Part shown: piece by piece, positions 21,814 through 35,412 of the stretch
How the letters are laid out: every line of letters starts with the position of its first letter
How positions within the stretch are numbered: position 1 is the stretch's first letter
Source of the DNA: the human T2T-CHM13v2.0 reference genome, Homo sapiens
Assembly (NCBI RefSeq): GCF_009914755.1
Contig: NC_060942.1
Strand: one strand, 5' to 3'
Length of the DNA: 64,000 nucleotides
Position numbers and translations under genes: made by a program
Notes under the pieces: generated by a model
The model's input: only the letters and a program-made list of their open reading frames with translations
What the model was told of the DNA's origin: nothing
The model's database searches: none

Positions 21814-24800
21814 CATTCTCAGAAACTTACTCGTGATGTGTGTCCTCAACTAAAGGAGTAGAACCTTTCTATTCATAGAGAAGTTTTCAAACGCTCTTTT
21901 TGTGGAATCTCCAAGTGGATATTTGGCTAGTTTTGAGGATTTCGTTGGAAGCGGGAATTCATACAAATTGCAGACTGCAGCGTTATGAGAAACATCTTTG
22001 TGATGTTTGTATTCAGGACACAGAGATGAACATTCCCTATCATAGAGCAGGTTGGAATCACTAGTTTTGTAGTATCTGGAAGTGGACATTTGGAGCGCTT
22101 TCAGGCCTATGTTGAAAAAGGAAATATCTTCCCATAACAACTAGACACAAGCATTCTCAGAAACTTGTTTGTGATGTGTGCCCTCTACTGACAGAGTTGA
22201 ATCTTTCTTTTCATAGAGCAGTTTTGAAACACTCTTTTTGTAGAATCTGCAAGAGGATATTTGCATAGCTTTGAGGATTTCGTGGTAAACGGGATTGTCT
22301 TCAGGTAAAATCTAGACAGAAGCATTCTCAGAAACTTCTTTGTGATGTTTGCATTCAAGTCACAGAGTAGAACATTCCCTTTGGTAGAGCAGGTTTGAAA
22401 CCCTCTTTTTGTAGTATCTGGAAGTGGAGATTTGGAGCGCTTTCAGGCCCATGTTGGAAAGGGAAATATCTTCCCGTAACAACTAGGCAGAAGCATTCTC
22501 AGAAACTTATTTGAGATGTGTGTACTCAACTAAGAGAATTGAACCACCGTTTTCAAGGAGCAGTTTTGAAACACTCTTTTTATGGAATCTGCAAGAGTAT
22601 ATTTGCCTAGCCTTGAGGATTTCGTTGGAAACGGGATTGTCTTCAGATAAAATCTAGACAGAAGCATTCTCAGAAACTTCTTTGGGATGTTTGCACTCAA
22701 GTCACAGAGTAGAATATTCCCTTTGGTAGAGCAGGTTTGAAACACTCTTTTTTTAGTATATGGAAGTGGACATTTGGAGCGCTTTCAGGCCTACGTTGGA
22801 AAAGGAAATATCTTCCCATAACAACTAGACAGAAGCATTCTCAGAAACTAGTTTCTGATGTGTGTCCTCAACTAACACAGTTGAACTTTTCTTTAGACAG
22901 GACAGTTTTGAAACACTCTTTTTGTGGAATCTGCAAGTGGATATTTGGCTAGATTTGAGGATTTCGTTGGAAACGGGATTACATATAAAAAGCAGACAGC
23001 AGCATTCTCAGAAAGTTCTTTGTGATGATTGCATTCAAGTCACAGAATTGAACATTCCCTTTCACAGAGCAGGATTGAAACACTCTTTTTGTAGTGTGTG
23101 TAAGTGGACATTTGGAGCGCTTTCCGGCCTAAAGTGAAAAAGGAAATATCTTCCCATAAAAACTAGACAGAAGCATTCTCAGAAACTTACTCGTGATGTG
23201 TGTCCTCAACTAAAGGAGTAGAACCTTTCTATTCATAGAGAAGTTTTGAAACGCTGTTTTTGTGGAATCTCCAAGTGGATATTTGGCTAGTTTTGAGGAT
23301 TTCGTTGGAAGCGGGAATTCACACAAATTGCAGACTGTAGCGTTCTGAGAAACATCTTTGTGATGTTTGTATTCAGGACACAGAGATGAACATTCCCTAT
23401 CATAGAGCATGTTGGAATCACTCCTTTTGTAGTATCTGGAAGTGGACATTTGGAGCGCTTTCAGGCCTATGTTGAAAAAGGAAATATCTTCCCATAACAA
23501 CTAGACACAAGCATTCTCAGAAACTTGTTTGTGATGTGTGCCCTCTACTGACAGAGTTGAACCTTTCTTTTCATAGAGCAGTTTTGAAACACTCTTTTTG
23601 TAGAATCTGCAAGAGGATATTTGCATAGCTTTGAGGATTTCGTGGGAAACGGGATTGTCTTCAGGTAAAATCTAGACAGAAGCATTCTCAGAAACTTCTT
23701 TGGGATGTTTGCATTCAAGTCACAGAGTAGAACATTCCCTTTGGTAGAGCAGGTTTGAAACCCTCTTTTTGTAGTATCTGGAAGTGGAGATTTGGAGCGC
23801 TTTCAGGCCCATGTTGGAAAGGGAAATATCTTCCCGTAACAACTAGGCAGAAGCATTCTCAGAAACTTATTTGAGATGTGTGTACTCAACTAAGAGAATT
23901 GAACCACCGTTTTCAAGGAGCAGTCTTGAAACACTCTTTTTATGGAATCTGCAAGAGTATATTTGCCTAGCCTTGAGGATTTCGTTGGAAACGGGATTGT
24001 CTTCAGATAAAATCTAGACAGAAGCATTCTCAGAAACTTCTTTGGGATGTTTGCACTCAAGTCACAGAGTAGAATATTCCCTTTGGTAGAGCAGGTTTGA
24101 AACACTCTTTTTTTAGTATATGGAAGTGGACATTTGGAGCGCTTTCAGGCCTACGTTGGAAAAGGAAATATCTTCCCATAACAACTAGACAGAAGCATTC
24201 TCAGAAACTAGTTTCTGATGTGTGTCCTCAACTAACACAGTTGAACTTTTCTTTAGACAGGACAGTTTTGAAACACTCTTTTTGTGGAATCTGCAAGTGG
24301 ATATTTGGCTAGATTTGAGGATTTCGTTGGAAACGGGATTACATATAAAAAGCAGACAGCAGCATTCTCAGAAAGTTCTTTGTGATGATTGCATTCAAGT
24401 CACAGAATTGAACATTCCCTTTCACAGAGCAGGATTGAAACACTCTTTTTGTAGTGTGTGTAAGTGGACATTTGGAGCGCTTTCCGGCCTAAAGTGAAAA
24501 AGGAAATATCTTCCCATAAAAACTAGACAGAAGCATTCTCAGAAACTTACTCGTGATGTGTGTCCTCAACTAAAGGAGTAGAACCTTTCTATTCATAGAG
24601 AAGTTTTGAAACGCTCTTTTTGTGGAATCTCCAAGTGGATATTTGGCTAGTTTTGAGGATTTCGTTGGAAGCGGGAATTCATACAAATTGCAGACTGCAG
24701 CGTTCTGAGAAACATCTTTGTGATGTTTGTATTCAGGACACAGAGATGAACATTCCCTATCATAGAGCAGGTTGGAATCACTCCTTTTGTAGTATCTGGA

Positions 24801-27800
24801 AGTGGACATTTGGAGCGCTTTCAGGCCTATGTTGAAAAAGGAAATATCTTCCCATAACAACTAGACACAAGCATTCTCAGAAACTTGTTTGTGATGTGTG
24901 CCCTCTACTGACAGAGTTGAACCTTTCTTTTCATAGAGCAGTTTTGAAACACTCTTTTTGTAGAATCTGCAAGAGGATATTTGCATAGCTTTGAGGATTT
25001 CGTGGGAAACGGGATTGTCTTCAGGTAAAATCTAGACAGAAGCATTCTCAGAAACTTCTTTGGGATGTTTGCATTCAAGTCACAGAGTAGAACATTCCCT
25101 TTGGTAGAGCAGGTTTGAAACCCTCTTTTTGTAGTATCTGGAAGTGGACATTTGGAGCGCTTTCAGGCCCATGTTGGAAAGGGAAATATCTTCCCGTAAC
25201 AACTAGGCAGAAGCATTCTCAGAAACTTATTTGAGATGTGTGTACTCAACTAAGAGAATTGAACCACCGTTTTGAAGGAGCAGTTTTGAAACACTCTTTT
25301 TCTGGAATCTGCAAGAGTATATTTGCCTAGCCTTGAGGATTTCGTTGGAAACGGGATTGTCTTCAGATAAAATCTAGACAGAAGCATTCTCAGAAACTTC
25401 TTTGGGATGTTTGCACTCAAGTCACAGAGTAGAATATTCCCTTTGGTAGAGCAGGTTTGAAACACTCTTTTTTTAGTATATGGATGTGGACATTTGGAGC
25501 GCTTTCAGGCCTACGTTGGAAAAGGAAATATCTTCCCATAACAACTAGACAGAAGCATTCTCAGAAACTAGTTTCTGATGTGTGTCCTCAACTAACACAG
25601 TTGAACTTTTCTTTAGACAGGACAGTTTTGAAACACTCTTTTTGTGGAATCTGCAAGTGGATATTTGGCTAGATTTGAGGATTTCGTTGGAAACGGGATT
25701 ACATATAAAAAGCAGACAGCAGCATTCTCAGAAAGTTCTTTGTGATGATTGCATTCAAGTCACAGAATTGAACATTCCCTTTCACAGAGCAGGATTGAAA
25801 CACTCTTTTTGTAGTGTGTGTAAGTGGACATTTGGAGCGCTTTCCGGCCTAAGGTGAAAAAGGAAATATCTTCCCATAAAAACTAGACAGAAGCATTCTC
25901 AGAAACTTACTCGTGATGTGTGTCCTCAACTAAAGGAGTAGAACCTTTCTATTCATAGAGAAGTTTTGAAACGCTCTTTTTGTGGAATCTCCAAGTGGAT
26001 ATTTGGCTAGTTTTGAGGATTTCGTTGGAAGCGGGAATTCATACAAATTGCAGACTGCAGCGTTCTGAGAAACATCTTTGTGATGTTTGTATTCAGGACA
26101 CAGAGATGAACATTCCCTATCATAGAGCAGGTTGGAATCACTCCTTTTGTAGTATCTGGAAGTGGACATTTGGAGCGCTTTCAGGCCTATGTTGAAAAAG
26201 GAAATATCTTCCCATAACAACTAGACACAAGCATTCTCAGAAACTTGTTTGTGATGTGTGCCCTCTACTGACAGAGTTGAACCTTTCTTTTCATAGAGCA
26301 GTTTTGAAACACTCTTTTTGTAGAATCTGCAAGAGGATATTTGCATAGCTTTGAGGATTTCGTGGGAAACGGGATTGTCTTCAGGTAAAATCTAGACAGA
26401 AGCATTCTCAGAAACTTCTTTGGGATGTTTGCATTCAAGTCACAGAGTAGAACATTCCCTTTGGTAGAGCAGGTTTGAAACCCTCTTTTTGTAGTATCTG
26501 GAAGTGGACATTTGGAGCGCTTTCAGGCCCATGTTGGAAAGGGAAATATCTTCCCGTAACAACTAGGCAGAAGCATTCTCAGAAACTTATTTGAGATGTG
26601 TGTACTCAACTAAGAGAATTGAACCACCGTTTTGAAGGAGCAGTTTTGAAACACTCTTTTTCTGGAATCTGCAAGAGTATATTTGCCTAGCCTTGAGGAT
26701 TTCGTTGGAAACGGGATTGTCTTCAGATCAAATCTAGACAGAAGCATTCTCAGAAACTTCTTTGGGATGTTTGCATTCAAGTCACAGAGTAGAACATTCC
26801 CTTTGGTAGAGCAGGTTTGAAACACTCTCTTTTTAGTATATGGAAGTGGACATTTGGAGCGCTTTCAGGCCTACGTTGGAAAAGGAAATATCTTCCCATA
26901 ACAACTAGACAGAAGCATTCTCAGAAACTAGTTTCTGATGTGTGTCCTCAACTAACACAGTTGAACTTTTCTTTAGACAGAACAGTTTTGAAACACTCTT
27001 TTTGTGGAATCTGCAAGTGGATATTTGGCTAGATTTGAGGATTTCGTTGGAAACGGGATTACATATAAAAAGCAGACAGCAGCATTCTCAGAAAGTTCTT
27101 TGTGATGATTGCATTCAAGTCACAGAATTGAACATTCCCTTTCACAGAGCAGGTTTGAAACACTCTTTTTGTAGTGTGTTTAAGTGGACATTTGGAGCGC
27201 TTTCCGGCCTAAGGTGAAAAAGGAAATATCTTCCCATAAAAACTAAACAGAAGCATTCTCAGAAACTTACTCGTGATGTGTGTCCTCAACTAAAGGAGTA
27301 GAACCTTTCTATTCGTAGAGAAGTTTTGAAATGCTCTTTTTGTGGAATCTCCAAGTGGATATTTGGCTAGTTTTGAGGATTTCGTTGGAAGCGGGAATTC
27401 ATACAAATTGCAGACTGCAGCGTTCTGAGAAACATCTTTGTGATGTTTGTATTCAGGACACAGAGATGAACATTCCCTATCATAGAGCAGGTTGGAATCA
27501 CGCCTTTTGTAGTATCTGGAAGTGGACATTTGGAGCGCTTTCAGGCCTATGTTGAAAAAGGAAATATCTTCCCATAACAACTAGACACAAGCATTCTCAG
27601 AAACTTGTTTGTGATGTGTGCCCTCTACTGACAGAGTTGAACCTTTCTTTTCATAGAGCAGTTTTGAAACACTCTTTTTGTAGAATCTGCAAGAGGATAT
27701 TTGCATAGCTTTGAGGATTTCGTGGGAAACGGGATTGTCTTCAGGTAAAATCTAGACAGAAGCATTCTCAGAAACTTCTTTGGGATGTTTGCATTCAAGT

Positions 27801-30800
27801 CACAGAGTAGAACATTCCCTTTGGAAGAGCAGGTTTGAAACCCTCTTTTTGTAGTATCTGGAAGTGGACATTTGGAGCGCTTTCAGGCCCATGTTGGAAA
27901 GGGAAATATCTTCCCGTAACAACTAGGCAGAAGCATTCTCAGAAACTTATTTGAGATGTGTGTACTCAACTAAGAGAATTGAACCACCGTTTTCAAGGAG
28001 CAGTTTTGAAACACTCTTTTTCTGGAATCTGCAAGAGTATATTTGCCTAGCCTTGAGGATTTCGTTGGAAACGGGATTGTCTTCAGATAAAATCTAGACA
28101 GAAGCATTCTCAGAAACTTCTTTGGGATGTTTGCATTCAAGTCACAGAGTAGAATATTCCCTTTGGTAGAGCAGGTTTGAAACACTCTTTTTTTAGTATA
28201 TGGAATTGGACATTTGGAGCGCTTTCAGGCCTACGTTGGAAAAGGAAATATCTTCCCATAACAACTAGACAGAAGCATTCTCAGAAACTAGTTTCTGATG
28301 TGTGTCCTCAACTAACACAGTTGAACTTTTCTTTAGACAGGACAGTTTTGAAACACTCTTTTTGTGGAATCTGCAAGTGGATATTTGGCTAGATTTGAGG
28401 ATTTCGTTGGAAACGGGATTACATATAAAAAGCAGACAGCAGCATTCTCAGAAAGTTCTTTGTGATGATTGCATTCAAGTCACAGAATTGAACATTCCCT
28501 TTCACAGAGCAGGATTGAAACACTCTTTTTGTAGTGTGTGTAAGTGGACATTTGGAGCGCTTTCCGGCCTAAGGTGAAAAAGGAAATATCTTCCCATAAA
28601 AACTAGACAGAAGCATTCTCAGAAACTTACTCGTGATGTGTGTCCTCAACTAAAGGAGTAGAAGCTTTCTATTCATAGAGAAGTTTTGAAACGCTCTTTT
28701 TGTGGAATCTCCACGTGGATATTTGGCTAGTTTTGAGGATTTCGTTGGAAGCGGGAATTCATACAAATTGCAGACTGCAGCGTTCTGAGAAACATCTTTG
28801 TGATGTTTGTATTCAGGACACAGAGATGAACATTCCCTATCATAGAGCAGGTTGGAATCACTCCTTTTGTAGTATCTGGAAGTGGACATTTGGAGCGCTT
28901 TCAGGCCTATGTTGAAAAAGGAAATATCTTCCCATAACAACTAGACACAAGCATTCTCAGAAACTTGTTTGTGATGTGTGCCCTCTACTGACAGAGTTGA
29001 ACCTTTCTTTTCATAGAGCAGTTTTGAAACACTCTTTTTGTAGAATCTGCAAGAGGATATTTGCATAGCTTTGGGGATTTCGTGGGAAACGGGATTGTCT
29101 TCAGGTAAAATCTAGACAGAAGCATTCTCAGAAACTTCTTTGGGATGTTTGCATTCAAGTCACAGAGTAGAACATTCCCTTTGGTAGAGCAGGTTTGAAA
29201 CCCTCTTTTTGTAGTATCTGGAAGTGGACATTTGGAGCGCTTTCAGGCCCATGTTGGAAAGGGAAATATCTTCCCGTAACAACTAGGCAGAAGCATTCTC
29301 AGAAACTTATTTGAGATGTGTGTACTCAACTAAGAGAATTGAACCACCGTTTTGAAGGAGCAGTTTTGAAACACTCTTTTTCTGGAATCTGCAAGAGTAT
29401 ATTTGCCTAGCCTTGAGGATTTCGTTGGAAACGGGATTGTCTTCAGATCAAATCTAGACAGAAGCATTCTCAGAAACTTCTTTGGGATGTTTGCATTCAA
29501 GTCACAGAGTAGAACATTCCCTTTGGTAGAGCAGGTTTGAAACACTCTCTTTTTAGTATATGGAAGTGGACATTTGGAGCGCTTTCAGGCCTACGTTGGA
29601 AAAGGAAATATCTTCCCATAACAACTAGACAGAAGCATTCTCAGAAACTAGTTTCTGATGTGTGTCCTCAACTAACACAGTTGAACTTTTCTTTAGACAG
29701 AACAGTTTTGAAACACTCTTTTTGTGGAATCTGCAAGTGGATATTTGGCTAGATTTGAGGATTTCGTTGGAAAGGGGATTACATATAAAAAGCAGACAGC
29801 AGCATTCTCAGAAAGTTCTTTGTAATGATTGCATTCAAGTCACAGAATTGAACATTCCCTTTCACAGAGCAGGTTTGAAACACTCTTTTTGTAGTGTGTG
29901 TAAGTGGACATTTGGAGCGCTTTCCGGCCTAAGGTGAAAAAGGAAATATCTTCCCATAAAAACTAGACAGAAGCATTCTCAGAAACTTACTCGTGATGTG
30001 TGTCCTCAACTAAAGGAGTAGAACCTTTCTATTCGTAGAGAAGTTTTGAAATGCTCTTTTTGTGGAATCTCCAAGTGGATATTTGGCTAGTTTTGAGGAT
30101 TTCGTTGGAAGCGGGAATTCATACAAATTGCAGACTGCAGCGTTCTGAGAAACATCTTTGTGATGTTTGTATTCAGGACACAGAGAGGAACATTCCCTAT
30201 CATAGAGCAGGTTGGAATCACTCCTTTTGTAGTATCTGGAAGTGGACATTTGGAGCGCTTTCAGGCCTATGTTGAAAAAGGAAATATCTTCCCATAACAA
30301 CTAGACACAAGCATTCTCAGAAACTTGTTTGTGATGTGTGCCCTCTACTGACAGAGTTGAACCTTTCTTTTCATAGAGCAGTTTTGAAACACTCTTTTTG
30401 TAGAATCTGCAAGAGGATATTTGCATAGCTTTGAGGATTTCGTGGGAAACGGGATTGTCTTCAGGAAAAATCTAGACAGAAGCATTCTCAGAAACTTCTT
30501 TGGGATGTTTACATTCAAGTCACAGAGTAGAACATTCCCTTTGGTAGAGCAGGTTTGAAACCCTCTTTTTGTAGTATCTGGAAGTGGACATTTGGAGCGC
30601 TTTCTGGCCCATGTTGCAAAGGGAAATATCTTCCCGTAACAACTAGGCAGAAGCATTCTCAGAAACTTATTTGAGATGTGTGTACTCAACTAAGAGAATT
30701 GAACCACCGTTTTGAAGGAGCAGTTTTGAAACACTCTTTTTCTGGAATCTGCAAGAGGATATTTGCCTAGCCTTGAGGATTTCGTTGGAAACGGGATTGT

Positions 30801-33800
30801 CTTCAGATAAAATCTAGACAGAAGCATTCTCAGAAACTTCTTTGGGATGTTTGCATTCAAGTCACAGAGTAGAACATTCCCTTTGGTAGAGCAGGTTTGA
30901 AACACTCTTTTTTTAGTATATGGAAGTGGACATTTGGAGCGCTTTCAGGCCTACGTTGGAAAAGGAAATATCTTCCCATAACAACTAGACAGAAGCATTC
31001 TCAGAAACTAGTTTCTGATGTGTGTCCTCAACTAACACAGTTGAACTTTTCTTTAGACAGAACAGTTTTGAAACACTCTTTTTGTGGAATCTGCAAGTGG
31101 CTATTTGGCTAGATTTGAGGATTTCGTTGGAAACGGGATTACATATAAAAAGCAGACAGCAGCATTCTCAGAAAGTTCTTTGTGATGACTGCATTCAAGT
31201 CACAGAATTGAACATTCCTTTTCACAGAGCAGGTTTGAAACACTCTTTTTGTAGTGTGTGTAAGTGGACATTTGGAGCGCTTTCCGGCCTAAGGTGAAAA
31301 AGGAAATATCTTCCCATAAAAACTAGACAGAAGCATTCTCAGAAACTTACTCGTGATGTGTGTCCTCAACTAAAGGAGTAGAAGCTTTCTATTCATAGAG
31401 AAGTTTTGAAACGCTCTTTTTGTGGAATCTCCAAGTGGATATTTGGCTAGTTTTGAGGATTTCGTTGGAAGCGGGAATTCATACAAATTGCAGACTGCAG
31501 CGTTCTGAGAAACATCTTTGTGATGTTTGTATTCAGGACACAGAGATGAACATTCCCTATCATAGAGCAGGTTGGAATCACTCCTTTTGTAGTATCTGGA
31601 AGTGGACATTTGGAGCGCTTTCAGGCCTATGTTGAAAAAGGAAATATCTTCCCATAACAACTAGACACAAGCATTCTCAGAAACTTGTTTGTGATGTGTG
31701 CCCTCTACTGACAGAGTTGAACCTTTCTTTTCATAGAGCAGTTTTGAAACACTCTTTTTGTAGAATCTGCAAGAGGATATTTGCATAGCTTTGAGGATTT
31801 CGTGGGAAACGGGATTGTCTTCAGGTAAAATCTAGACAGAAGCATTCTCAGAAACTTCTTTGGGATGTTTGCATTCAAGTCACAGAGTAGAACATTCCCT
31901 TTGGTAGAGCAGGTTTGAAACCCTCTTTTTGTAGTATCTGGAAGTGGACATTTGGAGCGCTTTCAGGCCCATGTTGGAAAGGGAAATATCTTCCCGTAAC
32001 AACTAGGCAGAAGCATTCTCAGAAACTTATTTGAGATGTGTGTACTCAACTAAGAGAATTGAACCACCGTTTTGAAGGAGCAGTTTTGAAACACTCTTTT
32101 TCTGGAATCTGCAAGAGTATATTTGCCTAGCCTTGAGAATTTCGTTGGAAACGGGATTGTCTTCAGATCAAATCTAGACAGAAGCATTCTCAGAAACTTC
32201 TTTGGGATGTTTGCATTCAAGTCACAGAGTAGAACATTCCCTTTGGTAGAGCAGGTTTGAAACACTCTTTTTTTAGTATATGGAAGTGGACATTTGGAGC
32301 GCTTTCAGGCCTACGTTGGAAAAGGAAATATCTTCCCATAACAACTAGACAGAAGCATTCTCAGAAACTAGTTTCTGATGTGTGTCCTCAACTAACACAG
32401 TTGAACTTTTCTTTAGACAGAACAGTTTTGAAACACTCTTTTTGTGGAATCTGCAAGTGGATATTTGGCTAGATTTGAGGATTTCGTTGGAAACGGGATT
32501 ACATATAAAAAGTAGACAGCAGCATTCTCAGAAAGTTCTTTGTGATGATTGCATTCAAGTCACAGAATTAAACATTCCCTTTCACAGAGCAGGTTTGAAA
32601 CACTCTTTTTGTAGTGTGTGTAAGTGGACATTTGGAGCGCTTTCCGGCCTAAGGTGAAAAAGGAAATATCTTCCCATAAAAACTAGACAGAAGCATTCTC
32701 AGAAACTTACTCGTGATGTGTGTCCTCAACTAAAGGAGTAGAACCTTTCTATTCGTAGAGAAGTTTTGAAATGCTCTTTTTGTGGAATCTCCAAGTGGAT
32801 ATTTGGCTAGTTTTGAGGATTTCGTTGGAAGCGGGAATTCATACAAATTGCAGACTGCAGCGTTCTGAGAAACATCTTTGTGATGTTTGTATTCAGGACA
32901 CAGAGAGGAACATTCCCTATCATAGAGCAGGTTGGAATCACTCCTTTTGTAGTATCTGGAAGTGGACATTTGGAGCGCTTTCAGGCCTATGTTGAAAAAG
33001 GAAATATCTTCCCATAACAACTAGACACAAGCATTCTCAGAAACTTGTTTGTGATGTGTGCCCTCTACTGACAGAGTTGAACCTTTCTTTTCATAGAGCA
33101 GTTTTGAAACACTCTTTTTGTAGAATCTGCAAGAGGATATTTGCATAGCTTTGAGGATTTCGTGGGAAACGGGATTGTCTTCAGGTAAAATCTAGACAGA
33201 AGCATTCTCAGAAACTTCTTTGGGATGTTTACATTCAAGTCACAGAGTAGAACATTCCCTTTGGTAGAGCAGGTTTGAAACCCTCTTTTTGTAGTATCTG
33301 GAAGTGGACATTTGGAGCGCTTTCTGGCCCATGTTGGAAAGGGAAATATCTTCCCGTACAACTAGGCAGAAGCATTCTCAGAAACTTATTTGAGATGTGT
33401 GTACTCAACTAAGAGAATTGAACCACCGTTTTGAAGGAGCAGTTTTGAAACACTCTTTTTCTGGAATCTGCAAGAGGATATTTGCCTAGCCTTGAGGATT
33501 TCGTTGGAAACGGGATTGTCTTCAGATAAAATCTAGACAGAAGCATTCTCAGAAACTTTTTTGGGATGTTTGCATTCAAGTCACAGAGTAGAACATTCCC
33601 TTTGGTAGAGCAGGTTTGAAACACTCTTTTTTTAGTATATGGAAGTGGACATTTGGAGCGCTTTCAGGCCTACGTTGGAAAAGGAAATATCTTCCCATAA
33701 CAACTAGACAGAAGCATTCTCAGAAACTAGTTTCTGATGTGTGTCCTCAACTAACACAGTTGAACTTTTCTTTAGACAGAACAGTTTTGAAACACTCTTT

Positions 33801-35412
33801 TTGTGGAATCTGCAAGTGGCTATTTGGCTAGATTTGAGGATTTCGTTGGAAACGGGATTACATATAAAAAGCAGACAGCAGCATTCTCAGAAAGTTCTTT
33901 GTGATGACTGCATTCAAGTCACAGAATTGAACATTCCCTTTCACAGAGCAGGTTTGAAACACTCTTTTTGTAGTGTGTGTAAGTGGACATTTGGAGCGCT
34001 TTCCGGCCTAAGGTGAAAAAGGAAATATCTTCCCATAAAAACTAGACAGAAGCATTCTCAGAAACTTACTCGTGATGTGTGTCCTCAACTAAAGGAGTAG
34101 AACCTTTCTATTCATAGAGAAGTTTTCAAACGCTCTTTTTGTGGAATCTCCAAGTGGATATTTGGCTAGTTTTGAGGATTTCGTTGGAAGCGGGAATTCA
34201 TACAAATTGCAGACTGCAGCGTTATGAGAAACATCTTTGTGATGTTTGTATTCAGGACACAGAGATGAACATTCCCTATCATAGAGCAGGTTGGAATCAC
34301 TCCTTTTGTAGTATCTGGAAGTGGACATTTGGAGCGCTTTCAGGCCTATGTTGAAAAAGGAAATATCTTCCCATAACAACTAGACACAAGCATTCTCAGA
34401 AACTTGTTTGTGATGTGTGCCCTCTAATGACAGAGTTGAACCTTTCTTTTCATAGAGCAGTTTTGAAACACTCTTTTTGTAGAATCTGCAAGAGGATATT
34501 TGCATAGCTTTGAGGATTTCGTGGGAAACGGGATTGTCTTCAGGTAAAATCTAGACAGAAGCATTCTCAGAAACTTCTTTGGGATGTTTGCATTCAAGTC
34601 ACAGAGTAGAACATTCCCTTTGGTAGAGCAGGTTTGAAACCCTCTTTTTGTAGTATCTGGAAGTGGACATTTTGAGCGCTATCAGGCCCATGTTGGAAAG
34701 GGAAATATCTTCCCGTAACAACTAGGCAGAAGCATTCTCAGAAACTTATTTGAGATGTGTGTACTCAACTAAGAGAATTGAACCACCGTTTTGAAGGAGC
34801 AGTTTTGAAACACTCTTTTTCTGGAATCTGCAAGAGTATATTTGCCTAGCCTTGAGGATTTCGTTGGAAACGGGATTGTCTTCAGATAAAATCTAGACAG
34901 AAGCATTCTCAGAAACTTCTTAGGGATGTTTGCATTCAAGTCACAGAGTAGAACATTCCCTTTGGTAGAGCAGGTTTGAAACACTCTTTTTTTAGTATAT
35001 GGAAGTGGACATTTGGAGTGCTTTCAGGCCTACGTTCGAAAAGGAAATATCTTCCCATAACAACTAGACAGAAGCATTCTCAGAAACTAGTTTCTGATGT
35101 GTGTCCTCAGCTAACACAGTTGAACTTTTCTTTAGACAGAACAGTTTGGAAACACTCTTTTTGTGGAATCTGCAAGTGGATATTTGGCTAGATTTGAGGA
35201 TTTCGTTGGAAACGGGATTACATATAAAAAGCAGACTGCAGCATTCTCAGAAAGTTCTTTGTGATGATTGCATTCAAGTCACAGAATTGAACATTCGCTT
35301 TCACAGAGCAGGTTTGAAACACTCTTTTTGTAGTGTGTGTAAGTGGACATTTGGAGCGCTTTCCGGCCTAAGGTGAAAAAGGAAATATCTTCCCATAAAA
35401 ACTAGACAGAAG
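21814..35412 (+). repeat. Uninterrupted run of ten canonical 8-mers
   Basis: A-dimer spacing of 1360 bp (one 1359, from a 1-bp deletion CCCGTACAACT at ~33358). Confidence 0.92.
24534..25893 (+). repeat. Representative canonical 8-mer HOR unit (dimers A-B-C-D, 338+342+342+338 = 1360 bp)
   Basis: A starts CATTCTCAGAAACTTACTCGTG (EcoRI at 24675), B starts ...AAACTTGTTTGTGATGTGTGCCCTCTAC, C starts ...AAACTTATTTGAGATG, D starts ...AAACTAGTTTCTGATG; the next A starts at 25894. Confidence 0.95.
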
